In this document: positions 30,642 through 39,599 of the stretch, piece after piece | Numbering within the stretch: the stretch's first letter is position 1 | How the letters are laid out: the number at the start of each line of letters is the position of its first letter | Assembly (NCBI GenBank): GCA_040767195.1 | Contig: JAXGPA010000003.1 | Location: forward strand, 160,001 to 224,000 | Length of the DNA stretch: 64,000 nt | Direction of reading: 5' to 3' | From: Syntrophales bacterium | Lineage (GTDB): Bacteria > Desulfobacterota > Syntrophia > Syntrophales > UBA6807 | Notes under the pieces: generated by a model | Database searches by the model: none | Told to the model about the DNA's origin: nothing | Seen by the model: the letters and a program-made list of their open reading frames with translations, nothing else | Translations under genes and position numbers: made by a program

Positions 30642-31511
30642 ATGGCCAAGACATTGGAAAAAATCGGCATTATCGCCAACACGGACAAGAAGGACGCCGT
30701 CCGATGCACCCTCGAACTCCTTGAGTGGCTGGAAGAAAGAAACGTCGAAGTCCTGCTGGAAAGGGAAATCGCCGCAAAAACGGGGAAAGGCCCCGGAACG
30801 GAGAGGACCCTCCTTCCCGCCGCGGTGGACCTCATGGTGGTTTTCGGGGGGGACGGGACACTCCTGTCCGCCGCCCGAACGACGGCCGGTCACGAAGTGC
30901 CCGTCGTCGGGATCAATCTCGGCGGATTCGGCTTCATGACGGTGGTGAACCTGAACGAAATGCTCCCCACTATGGAACTTATCCTCGAAGGCCGGTTCAG
31001 GACATCGAAACGGATGATGCTGGACGTCACGTTGCCGGGCGAAGAAAAGGACGTCCCTTTCGAGACCGTTCTGAACGATGTCGTCATCAACCGGGGAAAC
31101 CTGTCCCGGATGATTCACCTGGAAACCTTCGTGGACGACTCTTATCTCAACACCTTCAAGGCGGACGGCCTCATCATCGCCACGCCCACGGGCTCCACCG
31201 CTTATTCCCTGTCGGCGGGCGGCCCGATCGTTTTCCCGGAGCTTCAGTCCATCATCGTCAACCCCATCTGTCCCCACACCCTGACGAACCGGCCCGTCAT
31301 GCTTCCACCGGACGCCACGATCCGGGTCATTCTGTGGACCAAGGAGGAATGCGCCACCCTGACCCTGGACGGGCAGATTTCCAGGGTCATCCGATCCGGA
31401 GAGGCCTTCGAGGTTCGGAGGTCGAATACCCTCATCCATCTTGTCGACTCGCCCTACCACAACTACCTGGAGATTGTCCGCAACAAGCTCGGCTGGGGGG
31501 GGCTGCCCTGA
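30642..31511 (+). CDS. nadK: NAD+ kinase
   Basis: GGDGT, LNDVV, DGLIIATPTGSTAYSLSAGGP. Confidence 0.95.
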   Translation: MAKTLEKIGIIANTDKKDAVRCTLELLEWLEERNVEVLLEREIAAKTGKGPGTERTLLPAAVDLMVVFGGDGTLLSAARTTAGHEVPVVGINLGGFGFMTVVNLNEMLPTMELILEGRFRTSKRMMLDVTLPGEEKDVPFETVLNDVVINRGNLSRMIHLETFVDDSYLNTFKADGLIIATPTGSTAYSLSAGGPIVFPELQSIIVNPICPHTLTNRPVMLPPDATIRVILWTKEECATLTLDGQISRVIRSGEAFEVRRSNTLIHLVDSPYHNYLEIVRNKLGWGGLP

Positions 31512-31517
31512 ACGGAC

Positions 31518-33212
31518 ATGCTGAAAGAGCTCAACATCCGGAACCTTGCCATCATAGACGACCTGAGGGTTTCCTTTGCCGACGGGCTCACCGTCATCTC
31601 CGGGGAGACCGGCGCGGGAAAGTCCATCATCATGGAAGCCGTCGGCCTTCTTCAGGGGGACCGGGCGACAACGGACTGGATCCGCTCATCGGAAGACGCC
31701 GCCGTGGTGGAGGCTTTATTTGACATCGGCAGCCGCCCCGGACTTCAGGAAAAACTCGAATCCCTGGGTTTTGAACGCCAGGACGAGATCGTCATAAGGC
31801 GCATCATCTCCAGGACGGGAAAGAACCGGGCCTATGTGAACGGGTCCCTGGCGACGCTGTCGGCCCTTTCCCTGCTCGGCGAGTCCCTGGTGAACATCTG
31901 CAGCCAGCACGAGCACCAGAGCATCCTGAACCCGGAACACCATCGGGCGATCCTCGACCGGTTCGGAAACCTGGAGGACCCGGTAGAGGGCTACGGGCGT
32001 CTCTACAACCGTTACCGGGATGTGGAGGAACGGATCCAATCCCTGGAAAAAAAAAGGGAAGAAAGGCTTCGAACGGAAGCGTTTCTCCTTTTTCAGCTGA
32101 AGGAAATCGATGATGGCAAGATCCAGAAGGGAGAAGATGAGGCGCTTCAGGCGGAGAGAACCGTTCTCGCTCACGGGAGAGCTCTCAAGGAGCGGGCTGA
32201 GGCATCCTTCGGGAGTCTTTATTCCGACGAGGGCGCCGTTTTGGAGAGGCTTTCTTTTGCCATATCAAATATTAAAGATATCTATAGGATAGACAGTAAC
32301 ATTAAACTATTGCTTGAACAAGTGGAGGGGGCCTACTACACCCTTCAGGATGCTGCTATCCGTCTCCGGGACTACGGGAAAGAAATTCTTATCGATCCCG
32401 ACAGGATTGAAAAAATCGAGGAGCGTCTCGAATATCTGAACCGGATGAAACGAAAATACGGCGGAACCCTGGAATCGGTCCTGGAAAAAAGAGGTCTCCT
32501 CAAAGAGGAGCTTCGGGCGTTGTCCGCCACCGAGTCGGATCTCGATAAAAGCCGGGCCGAAATAATTTCCCTTCAACCGCTTCTTCTCGAAAAGGCGAAA
32601 CATCTTTCGGAAGGGAGAAAGAGCGCGGCGGCCGTTCTCGAAAACCAGGTTGAAAAGGAGCTCGGCGGCCTCCGCATGGAAAACACCTCTTTCCGCGTCT
32701 TTTTTCACAAGGGCTACCGGGAAAGCACCGATCCGGCGACCTTGAGCCCATCGGGTGCCGACGAGATCGAGTTTTTCCTTTCCCCCAACACGGGAGAGGA
32801 ACTGAAACCCCTGAACCGCATCGCCTCGGGGGGCGAGCTTTCCCGCATCACCCTGGCCATCAGGAGGGTCCTGGCGGAAAAGAGCGACGTGAGGACCATG
32901 ATATTCGACGAGATAGACTCGGGCATCGGTGGCGCTGCCGCCGAACTTGTCGGAAAGAAGCTCCGGGAAGCGGCTTCTCACCACCAGGTCCTTTGCATCA
33001 CCCACCTTCCCCAGATCGCCGGGTTCGGGGAAAATCACTTTCTCGTGGAAAAGGCCGTGTCGGGAGGGCGGACGAAAACGATGATGAGGCAGCTCACGGA
33101 AGAAGAACGGCTCCAGGAGATGGCCCGCATGCTCGGGGGGGTCACCGTGAGCGACAAGGCCCGGGAACACGCCCGGGAAATGTTGAAGTCGGGAAAGGAC
33201 AAGCCTTCATAA
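31518..33212 (+). CDS. recN: DNA repair protein RecN
   Basis: GETGAGKS, coiled coil, ASGGELSR, FDEID, ITHLPQIA. Confidence 0.96.
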   Translation: MLKELNIRNLAIIDDLRVSFADGLTVISGETGAGKSIIMEAVGLLQGDRATTDWIRSSEDAAVVEALFDIGSRPGLQEKLESLGFERQDEIVIRRIISRTGKNRAYVNGSLATLSALSLLGESLVNICSQHEHQSILNPEHHRAILDRFGNLEDPVEGYGRLYNRYRDVEERIQSLEKKREERLRTEAFLLFQLKEIDDGKIQKGEDEALQAERTVLAHGRALKERAEASFGSLYSDEGAVLERLSFAISNIKDIYRIDSNIKLLLEQVEGAYYTLQDAAIRLRDYGKEILIDPDRIEKIEERLEYLNRMKRKYGGTLESVLEKRGLLKEELRALSATESDLDKSRAEIISLQPLLLEKAKHLSEGRKSAAAVLENQVEKELGGLRMENTSFRVFFHKGYRESTDPATLSPSGADEIEFFLSPNTGEELKPLNRIASGGELSRITLAIRRVLAEKSDVRTMIFDEIDSGIGGAAAELVGKKLREAASHHQVLCITHLPQIAGFGENHFLVEKAVSGGRTKTMMRQLTEEERLQEMARMLGGVTVSDKAREHAREMLKSGKDKPS

Positions 33213-33225
33213 AGCGGGAAGGGAA

Positions 33226-33684
33226 ATGCTTAAAAAAGCGAGAGTCAGCGACGTCAGAACGATACATCGGATGATCAACGCCTCGGCGGGAAAAGGGGAG
33301 ATCCTCCCACGCTCCCTCATGGATCTTTACAGCTCCCTCAGGGATTTTTACGTCTACCTCGACGGAGAAGGGGGACCCATCATCGGGATCTGCGCCATGC
33401 ACATTTTCTGGGAAAACCTGGCGGAGATCCGCTCCCTTTTCGTCAGCGAAAACCACCGAAGAAAGGGAATCGGGAGGAGCCTCGTGGAAGCGTGCATATC
33501 CGAGGCCATAACCCTGGAAATCTACCGCGTCTTCACCCTGACCTACCAGCGGGATTTCTTCCGAAGCCTCGACTTTCTGGAAAAGGATCGCTCTATCCTG
33601 CCGGAGAAGATCTGGTCCGACTGCTTCAAGTGTCCCAAGTATCCCGATTTCTGCGACGAAGTGGCCATGATCCTCGAGCTTTAA
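33226..33684 (+). CDS. GNAT N-acetyltransferase (short ArgA-like N-acetylglutamate synthase)
   Basis: ILPRSL, LAEIRSL, RRKGIG, LPEKIWSDC..C....CDE. Confidence 0.85.
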   Translation: MLKKARVSDVRTIHRMINASAGKGEILPRSLMDLYSSLRDFYVYLDGEGGPIIGICAMHIFWENLAEIRSLFVSENHRRKGIGRSLVEACISEAITLEIYRVFTLTYQRDFFRSLDFLEKDRSILPEKIWSDCFKCPKYPDFCDEVAMILEL

Positions 33685-33724
33685 TAGATCGGCGTCCCCC
33701 CGCCGAAGGGCATGAGCGTTTCTC

Positions 33725-34924
33725 ATGAAGGGAAAGACCCGCCTCATTTTCTTGTTTATCTCGATCGTCATCCTGGCCGCCTGCGCCCCCGTGAAGGAAG
33801 AACCCCTTGCGCCGCCCCCGACGGCCCTCGTCCCCGTTGATAAAAAGGACGTACCCGCTTTTTCCGACGACCTCAACTTCAAAAATCTGGAACTCGCGGT
33901 GGGCCGAAGCCTCCAATACTACGACGTCCTCCCCGCGGACATGGTCCTCGCCTTCGGCAGGGACCGATTCACCGTCGGGGAACTCCGGGAATCCCTCCAC
34001 GAATTCCTCCGGATCGTGAGAAGCGCGCCGACGGCCGGCGAGCTGCAGGACCGGGTCACCGAGTCCTTTCACATTTACCGGTCCGTCGGCCGGGACAGCA
34101 AAGGCTCCGTCCTTTTCACGGGATACTACGAACCGGTTCTGAAAGGCTGCCTGTTTCCCACCGACGTTTTCAGGTACCCCCTTTACGGAAAGCCGGAGGA
34201 TCACCTCGTCATCAACCTGGAAAAGTTCGACGACAAATACCGGGGACTGCGGCTGATCGGACGCCTCGAAAACGGTGAGGTCGTTCCCTACTACTCCCGC
34301 GCGGAAATCGACTCGGGGAAGGCCCTGGCCGGCCGGGACCTGGAAATTCTCTGGGTTTCCGATCCCATCGCCCTTTTCTTTCTGCACATCCAGGGCTCGG
34401 GCGTCATCGAGCTTCCCGGCGGCTCCCCCGTTCACGTGACTTACGCCCACACCAACGGCCGGCCTTACAGGAGCCTCGGAAAACGCCTCATCGACCTTGA
34501 AGCCCTCTCACGGGATGAGGTGTCTTTACCGAGCATTCGCCGTCACCTGGAGGAGCACCCGGAGGACATGGAGGACCTTCTCAACTACAACGAGAGCTAT
34601 GTTTTTTTCCGGACCTCCCGGGGAGCCATCGGGAGCCTGAACGTCCCGGTGACGGCGAACCGGTCCATCGCCACGGACGGGAAACACTTCCCTCGGGGTG
34701 CCCTGGCTTTCATTCACACGGAAAAACCCGTGATGGACGATGAGGGGAATATCCTGTCGTGGGTCCCTTTCACCCGGTTCGTCCTCAACCAGGACACCGG
34801 GGGGGCCATCAAGGGACCGGGAAGGGTAGATCTTTTCTGCGGGAACGGGCCTTACGCCGAGACCATGGCGGGGCACATGAAACACGAGGGCGCGCTCTAT
34901 TTTCTCGTCATGAAGAGGAAATGA
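33725..34924 (+). CDS. mltA: Membrane-bound lytic murein transglycosylase A
   Basis: Lipobox LAAC; FTGYYEP, LHIQGSG, NESYVFF, QDTGGAIKGPGRVDLF. Confidence 0.93.
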   Translation: MKGKTRLIFLFISIVILAACAPVKEEPLAPPPTALVPVDKKDVPAFSDDLNFKNLELAVGRSLQYYDVLPADMVLAFGRDRFTVGELRESLHEFLRIVRSAPTAGELQDRVTESFHIYRSVGRDSKGSVLFTGYYEPVLKGCLFPTDVFRYPLYGKPEDHLVINLEKFDDKYRGLRLIGRLENGEVVPYYSRAEIDSGKALAGRDLEILWVSDPIALFFLHIQGSGVIELPGGSPVHVTYAHTNGRPYRSLGKRLIDLEALSRDEVSLPSIRRHLEEHPEDMEDLLNYNESYVFFRTSRGAIGSLNVPVTANRSIATDGKHFPRGALAFIHTEKPVMDDEGNILSWVPFTRFVLNQDTGGAIKGPGRVDLFCGNGPYAETMAGHMKHEGALYFLVMKRK

Positions 34925-34933
34925 TCTCTCGCT

Positions 34934-36163
34934 TCACCGGATATAGCACCGCGGGTCCTCGGCGAGATAATCCCCCGAATAGGCGTGGGCCCGCCCCCGG
35001 CAGCCGCCGCATATTTTTTTGTAGCTGCACGCGGCGCATTTCCCCTTGAGCAGGGTTTCGCGGTTTCTCAGTTCCACGAAGACCGGGGATTCCCGATAGA
35101 TCTCCCGGAAGGGCTTCTCCCGAACCGATCCCGCCTTCACTTCCACGAAGGGGCAGGGCCAGATGTCACCGTTGGCCTTGATGTAAACGAAACCTCTTCC
35201 AGCAGCGCACCCGTGGAATACCTGTTCCGCCAGCTTGAGCCACCCTTTTCCCCTGGCGCCATTTTTCTCAAGGAGATAGGGCCAGTACTGCGGTCCCGCG
35301 ACGGGTTCGACGATAGTGGTTACGTCTTTCTGCTTTTCGGCGATGAGGCGGCTGAGCAGGTAGTTGGCCTGCTTTTTCAGCGTGGCCTTCTCGATCTTCC
35401 CTCCCCGGCCCACGGCGACAAGCTGGTACATGAGCATAATGGCGGCCCCGCAGCGGTCGACGAAGTCGATGAGGCCGTCAAGACCGGGGAGGTTCGTTTC
35501 CATGGCCGTGGTGTTCAGCTGGAGGAGAATTCCCGCCTTTTTGGTCGCCTCGATCCCCCGGAGGGCCAGGTCGAAGGCCCTGGGGTTGTTCCGGATGAAA
35601 TTGTGGACGTCCGGGTCTGCCGAGTCCAGGCTGATGGCGTTGCAGACAACCCCGTGTTCCTTCAGTTTCCACGCCGTCTCCTCGTCGATGAGCGTCCCGT
35701 TCGTGGCGAGAATGTTCGAAAACCCGACGTCCTTCGAATGCTTCAGGAGCTCGAAAATGTCGGGACGCACCAGGGGCTCGCCCCCGGTGAAAACGATGGT
35801 CCTGAATTCCTTGATTTCGGCGAGGCCGTCGATGAGCCGCCTGGCTTCATCGGTATCGAGATCATCCGGGGAAGGTTTCCCGCTCGTGGCATGGCAGTGG
35901 ATACAGCGCAGATTGCAGGCCGAGGTCACTTCCCAGGCGGGGTGACCGGGATAGCCGATACAGCCCATCCCCCAAGCGCCGTTGGAAACGGGGATGGATT
36001 CCAGGCTGTGGCGGACGAGCCAGTGAGGAAATTTCTTCCATCCGTTCAGGTAGCCCATGAGCAGGGCGCCCCCCAGTTGACGGAAAAGCAGGGAAGGCGG
36101 CCAGAAGACCGGGCGGACGGCCTTTTTTCGCGCCCTTTCCGTCTGTTTCGTCAGTGCTTTCAT
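34934..36163 (-). CDS. Radical SAM/SPASM protein (NirJ/AhbD-like)
   Basis: CNLRCIHC, TGGEP, SPASM cysteines CAAG...PC...CAAC...CGGCR...DPRC. Confidence 0.88.
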   Translation of the reverse strand: MKALTKQTERARKKAVRPVFWPPSLLFRQLGGALLMGYLNGWKKFPHWLVRHSLESIPVSNGAWGMGCIGYPGHPAWEVTSACNLRCIHCHATSGKPSPDDLDTDEARRLIDGLAEIKEFRTIVFTGGEPLVRPDIFELLKHSKDVGFSNILATNGTLIDEETAWKLKEHGVVCNAISLDSADPDVHNFIRNNPRAFDLALRGIEATKKAGILLQLNTTAMETNLPGLDGLIDFVDRCGAAIMLMYQLVAVGRGGKIEKATLKKQANYLLSRLIAEKQKDVTTIVEPVAGPQYWPYLLEKNGARGKGWLKLAEQVFHGCAAGRGFVYIKANGDIWPCPFVEVKAGSVREKPFREIYRESPVFVELRNRETLLKGKCAACSYKKICGGCRGRAHAYSGDYLAEDPRCYIR

Positions 36164-36200
36164 TCTAAAGTCCTGTTCGCTCCCCTCTCTTCTTTCCGGA

Positions 36201-37109
36201 TTACAGAAGAGCGATGATGTAGGATAAGGTGGTGCCGAGATTGACGACGATGGTCAACCCGCAGAAAAGTTTCAAAAGTCCGGGGTTTTCATGCTTTCCC
36301 CGGTACACCTGGAAGGCAAGGTACAGGGAAAGGACGGCGATCACCCCGAAGAGATAAAGGCCGTTGGCTCCGACATGCGCCTGGGTAAGGGAAAGGAAGA
36401 AGAACAGAACGGCGAGAACGGCGGCCCCGGCGTAAATTTCGGCCCCTCTCTTGAGGCCTGCCCGGACGAGAAGATTTTTTTTCCCCGTTTCCCGGTCCGG
36501 CTGGTAGTCGGGAAACTCGTTGAGCAGGATGACGTTGAAGATGGTCAGTCCCACCGGTACGGCCATCCAGTGGACCAGGGGGTGAATGAAACCCGCCTGG
36601 ATGTAAAAGGCGGCCGCGATGGGAAGCCAGCCGTAGCAGAACCCGATGAGAATCTCCCCCACGCCCCGGGCGACGAATCTCACGGGGCGGGTGGAATAGA
36701 AGAAACCGCAGAAAAGACCGATTCCGCCAAGCAGAAGGGTCCAGGGGCCGGTTTTCAAGCCGAACTGGAGAATAACGCCGGTCACCGCGGCGAGGAAAAG
36801 GGCGGCCAGGCTCGTTCGAAGGGCGGCAGCGGGCGAAATGAGTCCTTCCTGTATGGCCCCGGAACCGCCGGCGAACGGGTTGCTGTGAAGTCTTTTCGAG
36901 AGGCTGTCTTCCCGGCGGTCAAAATATTCGCCGCTCTGATAGGTGGAAAGCATGACGAGGAGAACCCCGGCGACGCCGAGAACAAAGACGGAACAACGGA
37001 TTTCCCCGGTGACCTTCCAGGCGAGAATCGTTCCGAGAATGAAGGGGAGAACGCCCACGGAGTGGAAGGGAAGACGGGAAAGCCGCAACCATGCGGTTAC
37101 TGTTCCCAT
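36201..37109 (-). CDS. MenA-like UbiA-family prenyltransferase
   Basis: EYFD...D, GGSG, NEFPDYQPDRETGKK; multi-TM. Confidence 0.85.
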   Translation of the reverse strand: MGTVTAWLRLSRLPFHSVGVLPFILGTILAWKVTGEIRCSVFVLGVAGVLLVMLSTYQSGEYFDRREDSLSKRLHSNPFAGGSGAIQEGLISPAAALRTSLAALFLAAVTGVILQFGLKTGPWTLLLGGIGLFCGFFYSTRPVRFVARGVGEILIGFCYGWLPIAAAFYIQAGFIHPLVHWMAVPVGLTIFNVILLNEFPDYQPDRETGKKNLLVRAGLKRGAEIYAGAAVLAVLFFFLSLTQAHVGANGLYLFGVIAVLSLYLAFQVYRGKHENPGLLKLFCGLTIVVNLGTTLSYIIALL

Positions 37110-37248
37110 GACAGCGGCTCTTTTCGTTTCCTTGATTTCCGCCGACCCGTCTTTTCCGTCACGGTCCTGTGGCCTTTCTCATAAGCATGGTTTCCCGGAT
37201 CTGAATGTAAGCGGTTCGCCCGGTTTCAATTGAAAGCGGCCATAGGGC

Positions 37249-37965
37249 CTAACACACCGGAGAGTTTTTGTCAATTTTCGCCCGCCTCGCCGTTCTCTTT
37301 TTGACCGGCCGGTTTCGGAGAAGGACATAGGTCGCCCCCGCCCCCCCGTCGCAGGGGCGGGCCGTCGAGAAAGCGGCGATCCATTTGTTCCAGGGGCTCC
37401 GGGTCAGGAAACGGCGGACCGTTTCCTTCAGCACCGGTTCGCCGGCACTGGAGAGCCCCCTTCCATGTATGACGAGAAGGGAGCGCTCCCCTCTTTCGAG
37501 AGTCTCCTGGAGAAAACGGGCCAGCGCGGCTTGCGCCTCCGGGGCGTTCAAACCGTGAAGATCGATGTGACGGCGGACTGAAAACTCCCCCCGGTGAAGC
37601 CGCCGGGCCAGATGATCGGGAACGCCGTGTCCCGTTCCCTCCATGTATTCCGGTGTAGAAGACAGAACGAAACCTTCGCCTTTTCGTATGAGAGCCTTCA
37701 GAAGCGTTATCTCCCCCAGGCCGCCCCCCCCGGAAACGGGATACACCCTCTTTTCCGGACAGGGTCCCACCGGACCGCCACCCTTCAGGGGTTTCACCCC
37801 CTCGGTGGCTTTCAGGAACAGGGCCTCATCGTCCTTCGCGTCCCCTGCCCCGTCTTTTTCCATCACCGGAACGGAGGAATCCCCTACGGCAAAGCCCCCT
37901 TCTTCGAGACGTTCCCGCAGATCCGAGAACGGCCGGTATCGAAAGGTAACCGGGCTTTTCTTCAT
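37249..37965 (-). CDS. Smr domain protein
   Basis: IDLHGL, VIHGRG, DGGAGATYVLL. Confidence 0.9.
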   Translation of the reverse strand: MKKSPVTFRYRPFSDLRERLEEGGFAVGDSSVPVMEKDGAGDAKDDEALFLKATEGVKPLKGGGPVGPCPEKRVYPVSGGGGLGEITLLKALIRKGEGFVLSSTPEYMEGTGHGVPDHLARRLHRGEFSVRRHIDLHGLNAPEAQAALARFLQETLERGERSLLVIHGRGLSSAGEPVLKETVRRFLTRSPWNKWIAAFSTARPCDGGAGATYVLLRNRPVKKRTARRAKIDKNSPVC

Positions 37966-38238
37966 GAAATACCTTCGCAACGTTTTATTGAGGATAAGCG
38001 GAAAAAAGATTTTCTGTCAAGGCGAGGAGAAGCGGTCAACATCAAAAAAAGAAACGGAGCGACAAAATTGTCGTAAACGATTCACCCAAGCCCGGCCTTG
38101 CATCGCCGCTCCCGCAGAAAGGGGTACATCTCAGAAAGTCGACAATTATTTCCTTCGTTTTTTTTCATCAGGTTCGAAGGTCTCGGAGGAGATCGCCCCT
38201 TTCCCATGTCCTGCCTGAAATATTTTTTTCTTCATCTC

Positions 38239-38254
38239 TGGCATGTTTCATGCA
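38239..38254 (+). promoter_or_regulatory. sigma54 (-24/-12) promoter
   Basis: TGGCATG-TTTC-ATGCA with exact GG-N10-GC spacing; palindrome CGACAA-AA-TTGTCG about 170 bp upstream. Confidence 0.75.
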
Positions 38255-38264
38255 TTATCAAAAT

Positions 38265-38420
38265 TCAAAGATGCGACCAGTACCATCGTGCATGGGATCC
38301 CCCCCCGATTCCATACGCGATCCGCCAGTGTGGCTATGTTCCCCCTCCTTGCGTAGGCACTGGCCGGCAGTCAGCATCTGTCACAAAAGGGGAGGCGCAA
38401 GCCTCCCCTCCCCCCTTATT
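38265..38420 (+). ncRNA. Candidate sigma54-dependent small RNA with C-rich loops
   Basis: Closing stem, two long hairpins with C7 and TCCCCCTCCTT loops, terminal hairpin AGGGGAGGC-GCAA-GCCTCCCCT; no credible CDS. Confidence 0.65.
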
Positions 38421-38448
38421 TCCGGCGGAAACAACTTCTTATGAGACC

Positions 38449-38585
38449 CCATCCACAACTCTGTGGGAAACCCTGTGGAAAAATCTGTTCATGGGTCCTG
38501 TAAGATATGAGAAACGGCCCCTTTTGACCGTTTTGCACGAATCTTGTGCACATATTTATTTAAATATATCAATATATTATTTAAA
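38449..38585. promoter_or_regulatory. DnaA-box-like cluster with AT-rich tract and IHF site
   Basis: CCATCCACA, TGTGGGAAA, TGTGGAAAA; TATCAATATATTA matches WATCAANNNNTTR. Confidence 0.55.
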
Positions 38586-38652
38586 CTTGCAGGGGATACG
38601 AAAGGTTAACGGGGGGTCTCGACGAAACGCCCCGCGAGGCCACCGTTCCCCT

Positions 38653-39570
38653 TTATCGGACCGGAAAGAGCCAGTGATGAAAGTTTTTCTCTTTTCCGGC
38701 GAGAATTTCTTCCATGAATTGATTGATTCGAAGGGTGATCGGCCCGGGTACGGGGGCCAGGCTCCGGTTTCCCGTTCGTTCGATGGGAACGACTTTCCCC
38801 AGGGTTCCCGAAAGGAAGATTTCATCGGCCTCTTCGAGGGCTTCCGGTGGAAGTTTCTCCTCCACGGGATTCAGGCCCAGTGCTCCGGCAACTTCGAGAA
38901 CGGATTTGCGGGTGATGCTGTCGAGAATGCCCCCAAGGGATGGCGTCATCAGTCGCCCTTTTTTCACCAGGAAAACCGATTCCGTTCCGCCCTCCGCCAG
39001 GTAACCGTCCCGGTCAAGAAGAAGCGTGTAATCGAACCCCTTCTTTTTCGCTTCCTGGCGGGCCAGCATGCCGTTCAGATAATTGGCGGCCACCTTCGCC
39101 TCCACGGGAACCGTCCCGGGATCGAGTTTCCGCCATGAGGAGAGACCCATGGAAAAACCCTTTTGCGATCCCCCCTGCTGATGGAGGGGGTCCACCGACG
39201 CCGGGATGACAAAAACCGCGAGATCCAGGTCCTCCTCCGGCGGGAGGATCTCGTAAGCGATCCCCCCGTAGTAGCCGACGACCTTGATGTATCCCGACGA
39301 GAGGCTGTTTCTCCTGATGGTCTCGCAGATCGCCCGGGCAATCTCCTTTTCCCCGAGGGGAAGGCGCATTTCCAGGAGACCGGCGGTCTTCATGAGCCGC
39401 GCCACATGCGCGTCAAGGCGGAAAATCGAGGGCCCTTGAAGACCTTCGTAGAAACTCAACACTTCAAAGATGGCGGAACCGCGGCTGACGCTGTGGGATA
39501 GCAGATGCACCGTCGCCTCATTCCAGTCAACGTAGCGGCCGTTCAAAAAAATCGTTTTGTGATGCTTCAT
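38653..39570 (-). CDS. ilvE: Branched-chain amino acid aminotransferase (class IV PLP)
   Basis: FRLDAHVARL, EAKVAANY, LAEGGTESVF, ILDSITRKS, ADEIFLSGT. Confidence 0.85.
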   Translation of the reverse strand: MKHHKTIFLNGRYVDWNEATVHLLSHSVSRGSAIFEVLSFYEGLQGPSIFRLDAHVARLMKTAGLLEMRLPLGEKEIARAICETIRRNSLSSGYIKVVGYYGGIAYEILPPEEDLDLAVFVIPASVDPLHQQGGSQKGFSMGLSSWRKLDPGTVPVEAKVAANYLNGMLARQEAKKKGFDYTLLLDRDGYLAEGGTESVFLVKKGRLMTPSLGGILDSITRKSVLEVAGALGLNPVEEKLPPEALEEADEIFLSGTLGKVVPIERTGNRSLAPVPGPITLRINQFMEEILAGKEKNFHHWLFPVR

Positions 39571-39599
39571 AACTCTCCGGGGGTCTCTCCCCTGTGCGT

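Noticed and set aside
38098..39138. 346-aa plus-strand ORF across the sRNA/DnaA region
   Set aside because: Non-protein-like composition, overlaps ilvE antisense, no RBS
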